Shown here in pieces: positions 20,078 to 29,962 of a stretch of 64,000 nt of DNA. The DNA is from Escherichia phage IME267. Under the pieces are notes generated by a model. It worked only from the letters and a program-made list of their open reading frames with translations. It was not told the DNA's origin and did not search any database. A program made the position numbers and the translations under genes. The number at the start of each line of letters is the position of its first letter. Within the stretch, counting starts at the first letter, position 1. The stretch is from sequence record NC_070983.1. One strand, given 5' to 3'.

Positions 20078-20666
20078 AGAGTTCTCTCCGTGTCCGTACA
20101 ACAATCCAGTTTAAATAATCTACTGCATCTTCTACAGTAGAATTATTCGCTAGGTAGTATGTATTTCTCTGACTACCTTCAATGTAGGAACGAGAATCTC
20201 CTTTAAAATCACAACCTTCACGAATCACCTGAATTACCTGAACATGGAAATGTTTCTCTAGTTCTTCAACTTCGGCTTTGAACCCACCATCAGAGAAGAC
20301 GATAACATCATTCTGTGATGGGATACGTTGTTGAATACTGCTAACAGCAAGTTTACCCATGCAGGTCTCACCAAACATAGGCTTCAGGTAATTCTCGCTA
20401 GTTGCAATCATCAAGTCTCGAACTGACTTACCGTCCCATTCAGGACGGCTATGCTCTTTCCACTCACGATCGTTGTACAGCTCCATGAACTCATAAAGAG
20501 GTAGACCTAATGCAGCAGCAGCCACTCGATACATAGGCTCCTTAAAAGCCTTTACATGAGGCCTAAACTCGGTGTTACCAAGTGTTTTCTCTAACCAAGA
20601 ATTAGCGATTGTATCTTTACCACAACCCGGTGGTCCATTCAGAATTACTACTAATGGTTTACTCAT
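20070..20666 (-). CDS. P-loop kinase, probable (deoxy)nucleoside monophosphate kinase
   Basis: Walker A VVILNGPPGCGKDT at N-terminus; ~200 aa. Confidence 0.5.
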   Translation of the reverse strand: MSKPLVVILNGPPGCGKDTIANSWLEKTLGNTEFRPHVKAFKEPMYRVAAAALGLPLYEFMELYNDREWKEHSRPEWDGKSVRDLMIATSENYLKPMFGETCMGKLAVSSIQQRIPSQNDVIVFSDGGFKAEVEELEKHFHVQVIQVIREGCDFKGDSRSYIEGSQRNTYYLANNSTVEDAVDYLNWIVVRTRRELYV

Positions 20667-21316
20667 TATTGAATCATCCCTTGAAGATCTTCTTTATCAA
20701 AGTGCTTCTCTACTACCGCTTCATACAGATCACGATTCTCTGAATAACGACGATAGAAGGTTCCGTGTGAAATTCCCAACTCTTGCTGGATGTGATCATG
20801 TGGGATGCCGAGAAAGAGCATTGAGAACATGCTTGCCATCTTACGGTTTTCCATAATGTCACTCAGGTCTTGGAAGAAGAAAAAGATTCTAGATTCCAAG
20901 AACGGGTCTCCAGTAGAATCATGCTTATCCATCGCAATCTCTAAAGGACTTTCCCATGAATTCATCTCAGGAGGTCTAAACATATCAGCCTCTGGAATAG
21001 AGTAGATACGTCGGTCTCCAACTGTCTGGCGATTAGAACGAATCGACCAGATGATATTCTTGACACGATAAGTCATGTGCTCAATATCTTTTTCATCAGT
21101 GAGCAGAAGTTCTTCTTGCTTTGCAAACACAAAACGCCAAGCGTTCAGTAATACTTCCTGAGCAACATCCTCTGCCTCGTGATAGTCTTTAATGTCATAC
21201 ATAAAATACTTATGCACAACTTTCCAGTTCTCTCGATAAAATTCATCGAAGGTTGGATAATATTTAATAGGAATGCCATGAATACGATAGCGTGTGGGTG
21301 TTGTCTTCTTCTTCAT
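20666..21316 (-). CDS. Phage-encoded sigma factor (sigma70/ECF-like regions 2 and 4)
   Basis: Region-2-like [16 protein letters not shown] and region-4 HTH-like …[16 protein letters not shown]…. Confidence 0.65.
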   Translation of the reverse strand: MKKKTTPTRYRIHGIPIKYYPTFDEFYRENWKVVHKYFMYDIKDYHEAEDVAQEVLLNAWRFVFAKQEELLLTDEKDIEHMTYRVKNIIWSIRSNRQTVGDRRIYSIPEADMFRPPEMNSWESPLEIAMDKHDSTGDPFLESRIFFFFQDLSDIMENRKMASMFSMLFLGIPHDHIQQELGISHGTFYRRYSENRDLYEAVVEKHFDKEDLQGMIQ

Positions 21317-21561
21317 AAGTCGTCCTTAACTTACTTTATGTTAGGCTACACAGAATAGATACATTGCTGTGTCAGGACAAGGAATGGCTGTCTGAATACC
21401 ACTTACCTTAATCCACATATCTTCTTCAGAGTCATAATAGGCCCAATAGGATTGGTCTCCATCTACAAAGAACTTAAAGGTTCGTCCCCAAACTTGATTG
21501 TTGTATTCCCATACTGCATGAAGTTGGGTAACGCCTTCTGGTATTGTAAGTTCTGCTCTTA

Positions 21562-21822
21562 TCATTGTATCCCTCTCTCTTTGAGAGCTTTAAGTAAACC
21601 ATTGTGATTAGCAGCACAGGTTGTATAATTATCCTGATACCACTCAAGTGTTGTTGCAAGTGCTACTCCCTGTCCACTCTGAAGTAAAGGGAGGTCTATA
21701 TCACACTCAGTTTTTAGGTTTGTTGGTAAGGGCACTAACTGCCTGCTGTTGTCTCTCGTTGAACAAGCTGACATACTCATCGCTAGCACACACATTGTAA
21801 AAAACTGGCTTAGTCTTTTCAT
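21562..21822 (-). CDS. o-spanin (Rz1-like lipoprotein), overlapping the i-spanin gene in another frame
   Basis: Signal peptide with Cys (…LAMSMSAC…), Pro-containing short mature region; overlapped architecture. Confidence 0.4.
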   Translation of the reverse strand: MKRLSQFFTMCVLAMSMSACSTRDNSRQLVPLPTNLKTECDIDLPLLQSGQGVALATTLEWYQDNYTTCAANHNGLLKALKERGIQ

Positions 21823-22054
21823 AATGCATCTCTTTGTAAATAGTTTCTGTGTTCTTCTTCCAGTTTGATAAACTAGTTAGAACTTTCTGAGCCACTTCAT
21901 CAGCAGCCTTAGCTCTCTCAATCTCGATCTCTTGTTGTTTCTTCTCTTGGTCAAGAGTGTTACTATCATTTCTATATTGCTCAAACTTCATGCCACCAAA
22001 GAAAATAATAGCTGTGAAAATAAGAAAGCCTATATTGTTTTGAAGCTTTTCCAT
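21707..22054 (-). CDS. i-spanin (Rz-like): N-terminal TM helix plus periplasmic coiled coil
   Basis: TM segment IGFLIFTAIIFFGG then charged helical region; start set at MEKLQ with GGAG RBS. Confidence 0.45.
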   Translation of the reverse strand: MEKLQNNIGFLIFTAIIFFGGMKFEQYRNDSNTLDQEKKQQEIEIERAKAADEVAQKVLTSLSNWKKNTETIYKEMHYEKTKPVFYNVCASDEYVSLFNERQQQAVSALTNKPKN

Positions 22055-22065
22055 TTTAACTCCAA

Positions 22066-22090
22066 CGAAAAAAGCCACCCGAAGGTGGCT
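22066..22090 (-). terminator. Intrinsic terminator on - strand (GCCACC-UUCG-GGUGGC + U6)
   Basis: Perfect stem, UUCG loop, 6 Ts on - strand, between SSB and spanin genes. Confidence 0.6.
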
Positions 22091-22113
22091 AAGCTATTAC
22101 AAGGAGAGATTCA

Positions 22114-22854
22114 TTAGAAAGGGCTGTCATCTTCTTCAAAGGTAGACTGCGGCTCTTCGTTAATAGTAGGGATACTTGGAGTAGCATCTTTCTGTTCCGT
22201 ATCAGAAGCTTTAGTAACTTCACGACCAGCCAGAGGGATATTCTTAGCATCGTTAGCTTGAGTCAAGAGGTTGCGTTGGAATGGAAAGATTGCTTGATAA
22301 GCAGCTAAGTTAGCGTCAGTCTCAGCATACGGTTCGAAGAAGATCAACTCACTACGAGGAGCACCTACCGCGTCACGATATTTAGTCGGGATTGGAGTGA
22401 TGCTTTTAATGGAGTTTTTCTTCTCACCAGCTTTATTGGTGTAAGAGTTAACCAGAATGTTAACAGGCTGACCTAACAGCATATCTTTAAACCAACCCAA
22501 ATCACCTTTCAGTGCTTGAACACTTGGGTCGATCATTTTAATCAGATTTAGAATACCAGAGTTCTTAGCTCGTGGGTTTACATCGAAAGATTTAAACTGG
22601 CAAGCAGGACGAGGGTCCAGAGGTTTGCCTTCATTATCAGTCCCTGTTGCATCTACGCCAATCAGCTCAAAAGCTAAGTCCATACGGAAAGCTGGGTTCT
22701 TAGGGGTAACTGCTTTGGTCTTAGGGTCAATCCAAGGGTCACGATTGTGAACACCCAAACCTACAACACGAACAATACGTGCTTCGTACTCACCATCAGG
22801 GATTACATCGTAGTTGGATTTACGGGATACAGACAGTTCAGGGATCATAGACAT
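22114..22854 (-). CDS. Putative single-stranded DNA-binding protein
   Basis: Acidic C-terminal tail ending …FEEDDSPF, as in SSB C-termini; position in replication block. Confidence 0.45.
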   Translation of the reverse strand: MSMIPELSVSRKSNYDVIPDGEYEARIVRVVGLGVHNRDPWIDPKTKAVTPKNPAFRMDLAFELIGVDATGTDNEGKPLDPRPACQFKSFDVNPRAKNSGILNLIKMIDPSVQALKGDLGWFKDMLLGQPVNILVNSYTNKAGEKKNSIKSITPIPTKYRDAVGAPRSELIFFEPYAETDANLAAYQAIFPFQRNLLTQANDAKNIPLAGREVTKASDTEQKDATPSIPTINEEPQSTFEEDDSPF

Positions 22855-22913
22855 ATTAATATTTCCTTATATAGATTTAAGATTGTTGCTCTCTTTGAGC
22901 GGTTTGTATACTA

Positions 22914-22922
22914 TATACATTA
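22914..22922 (-). promoter_or_regulatory. TAATGTATA element on - strand ~60 nt upstream of the putative SSB start
   Basis: Reverse complement of tatacatta read directly; lies in a 415-bp AT-rich intergenic region. Confidence 0.3.
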
Positions 22923-23399
22923 CACTTATACAGATAAGGTTCTATTATACTATAACCTTTTTGGTAGTAGATAATGACAAGTAGTAATGTATATATGGTA
23001 TAGCTAGTAAAGCTATTGCAGGCTTGTATATTGGGCAATCATTGTAACCCTTGCAAGTACCGAAGGGCAGGAGACACCTGCGAGATAAAAATAGAGAATT
23101 AAGGAAATCCTTGATTTAGGTTGTAGGGACTCCTAGGGACTTTGATTCTCTATTTAAAAGAATATTAATTACTTACTACCTAAATAATTAACTAACTTAC
23201 TTAAACCAAATTCAATAATAATAGATAAAAAGATTATTCCTAAGAAAGCTAAGAAGTAAAGAACATAAGTTACCACTCCATCATTCCTTTTAATCTAGAT
23301 TCTTCTACTATTCGCTGATAAAGTAAGTTAGATTCAGCTTGATCTTTTAACATCTTACTGTATTGATCTCTGAGACTATCTTTATAAACAACAGGTGGT

Positions 23400-23906
23400 T
23401 TAAATAGTGATGATACTTTGTTCTTTTCTTCTTTCATCAAAAATCTTCCTAATCTCTTGCAGAGATACAGCTTTAAAGTTGATTTGTTCCATCGAAGTAC
23501 AGAAGTATCTCCAATCACCAATCACATGATTATGAGTATGAGCATAGATGTTGAACTTCCCTCTCATTTCATCAGAGTGAATAGGAATATGAGTTACCCA
23601 AAACTCTTTGTACTTATAATCACCACTGATGTGTCTAAAGACTTTCATCATATCAGGGAGAAGTTCTAATCTATCATGGTTCCCTAAGACAAGATGTTTC
23701 TCTCCCTTTACTTCAGCGATAATATCAAGTGCATACTTCTCAAACACCCAGTCACCTGTAAAGAAAGTTTTATCACGTTTAGTAACATGGTCAAACGCTG
23801 CTAAGATAGCTTTGTCGTGTTCTTCAATACTACTAAACCTCTTCCTAAAGCTACAGATGTTACGATGGCCTAGGTGACCATCACCTGCAAAATAAACTTC
23901 AGCCAT
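23400..23906 (-). CDS. Calcineurin-like metallophosphoesterase
   Basis: …YFAGDGHLGH…, …LVLGNHD…, …HTHNH… metal-binding motifs; start set to MAEVYF. Confidence 0.6.
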   Translation of the reverse strand: MAEVYFAGDGHLGHRNICSFRKRFSSIEEHDKAILAAFDHVTKRDKTFFTGDWVFEKYALDIIAEVKGEKHLVLGNHDRLELLPDMMKVFRHISGDYKYKEFWVTHIPIHSDEMRGKFNIYAHTHNHVIGDWRYFCTSMEQINFKAVSLQEIRKIFDERRKEQSIITI

Positions 23907-24049
23907 TCTCGTATGTGTCCTCATAATATGAATAGTTGAAGGATTCAGCTTTCGTTTCAGCCTCCTCCATATCATCTGTTTCCAGAATAACTTTCCAGCC
24001 AAAACCTTCAGGATACTCAGCTCCTTCATCTAGCCAGACTTTATATCGT

Positions 24050-24535
24050 TTAGATTGAAGAGACATGCTCTTGCTCCTTCTCTTGTCTACACTTGGCAGC
24101 CTCTTCTAAAGTGTCAAAGGTTCCTAAGTATAAGGTCTTCCCTTGAATAAATATATTTGCAATGTATCGGCCTTTGCTTAAGTAGACACCCTTAACTCCA
24201 GACCTGTTATTTGAGTTGAGTCCTTTGTTCCAAGAGTTTACTTCATTGGTCACAAGACGAAGGTTAGAAAGTCTATCATCCAGTGGGTTTCGGTTGATGT
24301 GATCAATCTGAGTTTCCGGAAAAGTTCCGTGCTTTAAACACCAGATAACTTGATATCTTCTAAAAGTAAAACCTTGACAGCAGAGTTTCCATCTTCCGAG
24401 GGAGTCGATACACCCTGCTTCATCTCCTGCCCTGATTTTAGTCCCTCTTCGAACTTTCCAGTATACTTGACCTGTTTCAAAATTGGCTTCAAAGAAGTCA
24501 TGTATGATTTTAGATTTTACATCCTTCGCAATCAT
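24050..24535 (-). CDS. HNH homing endonuclease with AP2-type DNA-binding domain
   Basis: …IDHINRNPLDDRLSNLRLVT… (HNH) and …SGVKGVY…GRYIANIFIQGKTLYLGTFDTLEEAA… (AP2); GGAGG RBS. Confidence 0.65.
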   Translation of the reverse strand: MIAKDVKSKIIHDFFEANFETGQVYWKVRRGTKIRAGDEAGCIDSLGRWKLCCQGFTFRRYQVIWCLKHGTFPETQIDHINRNPLDDRLSNLRLVTNEVNSWNKGLNSNNRSGVKGVYLSKGRYIANIFIQGKTLYLGTFDTLEEAAKCRQEKEQEHVSSI

Positions 24536-25448
24536 CAAGACCTCCAAGTAAAGACAAGGACAGTAAGCGAGACTGTTCATCCGATACTAACGTATCAACC
24601 TCTTCTTTCAGAGCCATAAGCTCAACAAAAGTTAACAGTTCATGTCGGTCAGCAATCACTTGGTATTTGTAGTCATTGATATGTGGTGCGCTTTGTACAA
24701 TGTAAATATTAGACATTATAAAATCTCCCTTTGTTTAGCATTAATGACTGACATTGCTGTGATTGGGTTGTTTGTTCCGAGATACTCCAGAACAGGTGGA
24801 CTACTTGCTGGTTTACCAGCCTCTATATAATTCTTAACCTTACCACCAAGAACTGCCAGAGAAGCCTGAGCTTCTGCCTCATCAGTATGAACTCGGTCAA
24901 CTACTTTCTTTCCAATCTTATAAGTATGAACCCAAATCATTTAACTTCCTCAATATCAACTAATTCAAAACTTCCTATTTCTTCAAGCTTAATAATCTCT
25001 TTAACCTTCTCAACAGCTTTAATAGGGTTTTCTTCTTCTACAACTTTACACCCTGATACTTCAAGACTGCCTGTTCCACGAAGGTATAAATTCAACTTAT
25101 AAACTACTTTGTAGTATTTCATCGTGCTCCCAATTTCTTTCATAATATCCAGAGTTGTAGTTTAGGGCGCATTTCTCGGCCTCTTCTATGTCGTCTGTGT
25201 TTAGGATATTAACCCAACCACCAACTTCATCAAAACCCTCTTCTACCTCATTGAACCACACGCTGTATTTCTTCATCTTGATAAGACCCTTCCCCAATCC
25301 TTGATGTAACATCGACCATCAACCCACTTGGTCTCTGATTTAAACTCTTGAGAGATTCTTGTTTCACAGTCTTCTTTACTGTAATCACCAAGAGCATCCA
25401 TCACCCAAAGAAACAGAGCAATTACAATAGACCAGATTAGAAACTTCT

Positions 25449-25841
25449 TCATCGTATCACCAGAGGCTCTTCAGAGTACACAGGAGAGGTTATTTCTACC
25501 GGAGGTGCTGCTCTAAGGTCATTAAGCCTTACGCCCTTCAGCATACCATCTAGGTGGTCCATTTTAGGGATACCTACAGGGAAGTCATCAATCCAAACAT
25601 CCACAAAGAAACCCAAGCTCTGAGTGACGGAATCCTTCTGAACACCATTGCAAAAGATAACAGGAATATCTAGACTTGCTGCATCTGCTAGAAGCTCCTC
25701 ATTTGAATACCCATTAGGTTGAGCAAAACGATAGGTGACAATACGTACATCATGTCCACGAGATTTCATAAGACCTACAATGTGGGTCCACATCTCTTTG
25801 TCCACTGTAAAAGTATCATCATAATCTAAACCAATATTCAT
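25449..25841 (-). CDS. HAD-family phosphatase-like protein (possible nucleotidase)
   Basis: N-terminal …IGLDYDDTF… fits the DxDxT motif. Confidence 0.35.
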   Translation of the reverse strand: MNIGLDYDDTFTVDKEMWTHIVGLMKSRGHDVRIVTYRFAQPNGYSNEELLADAASLDIPVIFCNGVQKDSVTQSLGFFVDVWIDDFPVGIPKMDHLDGMLKGVRLNDLRAAPPVEITSPVYSEEPLVIR

Positions 25842-25855
25842 ATTAGCCTCTTAGA

Positions 25856-25882
25856 CAAGAAAAGCCACCCGAAGGTAGCTTA
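25856..25882 (-). terminator. Intrinsic terminator on - strand (AGCUACC-UUCG-GGUGGCU + U-rich)
   Basis: Stem with one GU pair, UUCG loop, TTTCTTG after. Confidence 0.5.
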
Positions 25883-26815
25883 TTTATTCTGTGTTTCCAG
25901 TTCGCTGATACGAACTTTCAAACCGTTAATCTCAGCCTGAGCAGCTTCTAGTTTAATTAGAGCTTCTTCAGCGTCAGCTTCTGTTTGAAGAACCGCAGTG
26001 GTTAGTTCGTATAAAGCTTGGCGGAGAGAATCTTTTCCCATAGCATGAATCTGTGCAACAAAGAATTGCTTACCTTCCGTGGTTTCCAAAGTCTCTTTTA
26101 ATTCTTTAGATGTTAAAATCATCATTACTCCCTTTCATAAATTTTAAGAACTGTACCGCCATCTGCTTCAATCTGAGCAACTACTTCATCGCGCTCTTCA
26201 TCAGAATAAACCAGTTGGTTGTGAAATTTGCCTGTACTATCTTGGAAATACACATTCCATTTTGGAGCAGGTTTACGAATCAAATCCATCATTGATCTTT
26301 CTCCTCTCGTTCAACCCATGTATGGAAAAGCTCCCCATACACTTTGGCATCATCAAAACGTCCTTCTTCCTGTGCGAGTTTTTGTTGCTTCAAGCACCAT
26401 TCAGAACTTTTTACTTCTTCCACTTCCTTGTCTCCTTAAAAAGAACTAATCAATAAGACTAGTTCATTTCGTAATACGATTCAGCTCTTCCACTGAACTA
26501 ATCACTACTTCTCCACCACAAAGAGGTTAACTTCAATGAAAGTTTCGTATTGTGTTGACTCCTGCTTACGGGTGTAGTAGAAATGACGACCTTCTAATGC
26601 ACCTCCGTACTGAGTGGCACATCTTTTAACCATCTCTTTTATCACATCTACAACTGATTCGCCTTTCCACGGACGTAACCCCTGAGTTGGGACTTTTGCT
26701 GTACAGGTTACTTGTGTGTAACCTACATCTTGTAGAGATATCTCAAGAATCAGCTTTGCCCAAGCATCAAAATTAAGCTTGGGGTTATATTTAACTTCAG
26801 TTTTGATATCAATCA

Positions 26816-28663
26816 TTAGTGAGTATGATTCCAGTTTAATCCAATCTTACAATCTGATGCAAGAGGACATTCCATCTTGAGGTATTCCCCTGCTTTACGA
26901 ACACATTCTTCAGTGAGGGTACGAAGTTTGTTAACATCATCACGATGTACAGTGAACTGTCCTTCATCATGCATGTCAATAACCTTCGCACAACGAACAC
27001 CATCCCGCTCAATCCATTTATTGAGGAATAGCATTGCATACTTCATAACAATCGCCCCAGCGCTCTGTAAGAGTGTATTTAAGGCTTTATGGACCATAAC
27101 CTTTCCAGTTGCATCTCTTCTCATTGTAATACGACGTCCATCCACACCGTAGATGTATCCACTTTGCGCTTTCTCTGTCATACGTTCAATAAGGATTGCA
27201 ATACAAGGGTTCTCTGCTAAGAATCTTGCTCTCATGATAGCCCCTTCGTCAGAGCCACCACCTACAATACTTCCTAACTTAGCGTCACCTGCCCCATAGT
27301 TAAAGGCATATATAAACGTCTTAGCGTTATCACGAGTAGGAAGACCAGCAAGTTTTTGGTTATGTGAGTGAATGTCTCCTTCTAAAAGAATATCTCTGTA
27401 CATAACAGCAGAAGCTAGACCACGTTCAGCTTCTCGTTTCTTAGCCGGGTTGTTTTCTCGCTCTGCTTCAGCGAGCATCTCACGACATTCTTTAATAAGG
27501 TAGTGAGCTAGCATCCTCAGCTCAAGACCAGAGCCATCGTAACCTAAGAAGATTTCACGACCAGCAGGAACATAGAACTTATAGGCACCTACAGGTTTGT
27601 CTTTCTTGCCCGGTTTTCCCACTTCGTAGATAATGTTAGTACCCTTTCGTACGTAACACCCATCAGGGATATGGTTGGTAATGATGAAAGGATGGTTATG
27701 ACTATCGTCTGAGGAATAGTCAGATTGAAAAAGACTGCGGCACTCGTGACCAAACAAACCGCGAGAAGGAATATTAACAACAATGCGATGTTTAAAACGA
27801 AATGTCGGAGTAGCGCAGCTATTAGCTTCGGCGGACAACTTACCATCTTTACGTTCCTTGTCGATAAGCCCGCTAATCAAACCTAGCCTGTGAGCCGCTA
27901 CAACGCGTCTCTTAAGCAAACTTCCTACACCCCCTAGCTCACCCCCAAGCCCCTCTTCAAGAGTCTCCTCAAGGTTTGTAGGGGCTGTGGGCCACTTGTT
28001 TGATGTAGCCAAAGCTTTTTTGATTTCATCAAAGGTTACAGGTTTCTTCCTATTCGGATTAAGACCTAAACCACTGACGTAGGCTTTCATGTAGTTGACA
28101 GTGTGATAACGGAAATGTTTATCCAAAAATCTTCGGATATCAGCATCTATCATCTCCGCTGTCTGTTTCTCTTTAGCATTACCTCGAATCCAAGCAGAAT
28201 ACCATGCAGAGTATGTACCATACTTCTTCATAGCTCTACGGATTTCAAATGTATTCCAAGGTTTCTTAGAATAATTCCACTCTGGAGGTATGAAGCCCTC
28301 ATCCATCAAGGCTTCTTTAATACGTGCATCTTTCGATGGGTCGAAGTCTACATACTCAACGCAAGTAAACGCCCCACCGATATCTTCTCTTTTAAGACCA
28401 ACCCTATCGCAATAGAGCTGAGGCCACTTCTGTAAAGCACCTGATTTCTTAAAAGGCTTAGCATAAGTTGAACCATCCACCCGCATTTTAGGGAGGAGAG
28501 GAATCAGTTCTTTATCAATATTGACAATAATCTCTTTGAGAAGGTGAACAAACCACCGAGCGTTTCTTCTGTTGAAGTTGACTCCATGCTTCGCTTGTTT
28601 TGAGATTATATCAGCGACTGTCATCTCCGTTATGAAAGGTAACTTATCAGGGTTATCCATCAC
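26816..28663 (-). CDS. DNA polymerase, family A polymerase domain (no exonuclease domain in this ORF)
   Basis: Motif A …DGSGLELRMLAHY…, motif B …NAKTFIYAFNYGAG…, motif C …MHDE…. Confidence 0.85.
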   Translation of the reverse strand: MMDNPDKLPFITEMTVADIISKQAKHGVNFNRRNARWFVHLLKEIIVNIDKELIPLLPKMRVDGSTYAKPFKKSGALQKWPQLYCDRVGLKREDIGGAFTCVEYVDFDPSKDARIKEALMDEGFIPPEWNYSKKPWNTFEIRRAMKKYGTYSAWYSAWIRGNAKEKQTAEMIDADIRRFLDKHFRYHTVNYMKAYVSGLGLNPNRKKPVTFDEIKKALATSNKWPTAPTNLEETLEEGLGGELGGVGSLLKRRVVAAHRLGLISGLIDKERKDGKLSAEANSCATPTFRFKHRIVVNIPSRGLFGHECRSLFQSDYSSDDSHNHPFIITNHIPDGCYVRKGTNIIYEVGKPGKKDKPVGAYKFYVPAGREIFLGYDGSGLELRMLAHYLIKECREMLAEAERENNPAKKREAERGLASAVMYRDILLEGDIHSHNQKLAGLPTRDNAKTFIYAFNYGAGDAKLGSIVGGGSDEGAIMRARFLAENPCIAILIERMTEKAQSGYIYGVDGRRITMRRDATGKVMVHKALNTLLQSAGAIVMKYAMLFLNKWIERDGVRCAKVIDMHDEGQFTVHRDDVNKLRTLTEECVRKAGEYLKMECPLASDCKIGLNWNHTH

Positions 28664-29033
28664 CCACTCCTTATAGTTATTGGTATATTAAGTCTGTGAA
28701 TGCTTGGTTGTCTTCAACAATATCTAAAGCTTCATATGAATCAGCCAATTCATCCACATAAAAGACTGCTGGAATATCTTCTGCTCGCTGTCTACGAGAT
28801 TCCCTTTGTTCATTGATATTTCTTTGAACCTGTGCAAGTTTCATACCCCACACCTGATCATACAACTCTGGATATTTGTCACTAACCACTACATAATTTC
28901 GAGCTGGTTGGTTTCTATTAATCTTCGCTGTCAACTCAATAAACTGGCGAAACTCTTGAATAGAGAGGTTGTCATGAATATTATCCCATTTGAGAACGCA
29001 GTGACGTTCTAGGCGTTGAGGTACTGGCATAAC

Positions 29034-29303
29034 TTACTCCACTGTCGGGAATGGTTTTAGGTTGTTCATGGCTGTACGAACATCAGCACAGATTTCAGGA
29101 TCACGATAAGAGAGGAATTTACCATCCTTACCACGAATCATTACATTAGTCCGTGCTGTTTTATTAGGCAATAAAGAAATCCCTCCAATAAGATGGTTGG
29201 TAGGGTGTTGTCCTTGATTAACCTTGTAGTCATGAGTCTGAGCGTCACCATTAAAGAGATGATCACGAATTTGGATTAAGCTAATCTTCATATTATGCAC
29301 CAA
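29034..29303 (-). CDS. Hypothetical protein, tandem paralog of 29293..29580
   Basis: Shared …TARTNV(M/A)(I/L)RG(K/P)DGKF(L/I)S(Y/F)RD…NLKPFP…. Confidence 0.4.
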   Translation of the reverse strand: MVHNMKISLIQIRDHLFNGDAQTHDYKVNQGQHPTNHLIGGISLLPNKTARTNVMIRGKDGKFLSYRDPEICADVRTAMNNLKPFPTVE

Positions 29304-29580
29304 AGTTAGGGAAAGGTTTCAGATTTTCAATAGACTTAGCAATACGCTTAGGAACAGCCTTATCACGGAAGGAGATGAACTTTCCATCAGGACCACGAAG
29401 GGCTACATTAGTACGAGCTGTTGTTTTGTTAAACTGAATCATCTCAACAGAGCTTGTAACATTTTCTACAGGAAAAGTATAGCTCTCAGTTGTGTTCAGA
29501 GAAGGGAGGAAATCAGTTACAGTGATGTAAGTTACTTTAGACATATTTATTACCTTAGGTTCTATAAAAGAAAAGGCCAC
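29293..29580 (-). CDS. Hypothetical protein, tandem paralog of 29034..29303
   Basis: Same conserved blocks as neighbour. Confidence 0.4.
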   Translation of the reverse strand: MAFSFIEPKVINMSKVTYITVTDFLPSLNTTESYTFPVENVTSSVEMIQFNKTTARTNVALRGPDGKFISFRDKAVPKRIAKSIENLKPFPNFGA

Positions 29581-29596
29581 CCGAAATGGGTAGCCT
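29564..29596 (-). terminator. Intrinsic terminator on - strand (GGCUACCC…GGGUGGCC + U-rich)
   Basis: 8-bp stem with one GU pair followed by TTTTCTTTT. Confidence 0.5.
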
Positions 29597-29600
29597 TATA

Positions 29601-29915
29601 TCAACTTGAGCTTAAAGCTCCTTTGCGACCGCCTGCTGATTTTCCAGCACGATCTCCACTTTTGCCGCCGTTCGAGCGATTTCGAGAGACTGATTCAACA
29701 CGTAAGTTACTTGACGCATTAGAACCTCCCGACTTGATTGATCGTTTGTGTCCAACATCTTTACCTCGGACAGCAGCTTTTCCATCGCGCTTTTCAACGA
29801 TGCGACGTGCACGGTGGCGCTGAGCATCTCCGCTCTTGCTACCAACGCCGGTCTCACCCCTTGCGATTGCAGTTCTTCGTTCTTGTGCATAATCACGTTT
29901 CGCCTTATCGGTCAT
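29601..29915 (-). CDS. Small basic Gly/Lys/Ser-rich protein resembling KGG-repeat stress proteins
   Basis: AAGGAG RBS before ATG; …RAGKSAGGRKG… repeats; an alternative 94-aa frame (29612..29896) overlaps. Confidence 0.3.
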   Translation of the reverse strand: MTDKAKRDYAQERRTAIARGETGVGSKSGDAQRHRARRIVEKRDGKAAVRGKDVGHKRSIKSGGSNASSNLRVESVSRNRSNGGKSGDRAGKSAGGRKGALSSS

Positions 29916-29962
29916 CATAACTCCTTAATATATCAGTGTACACTAAGGAGTATACATTATGT

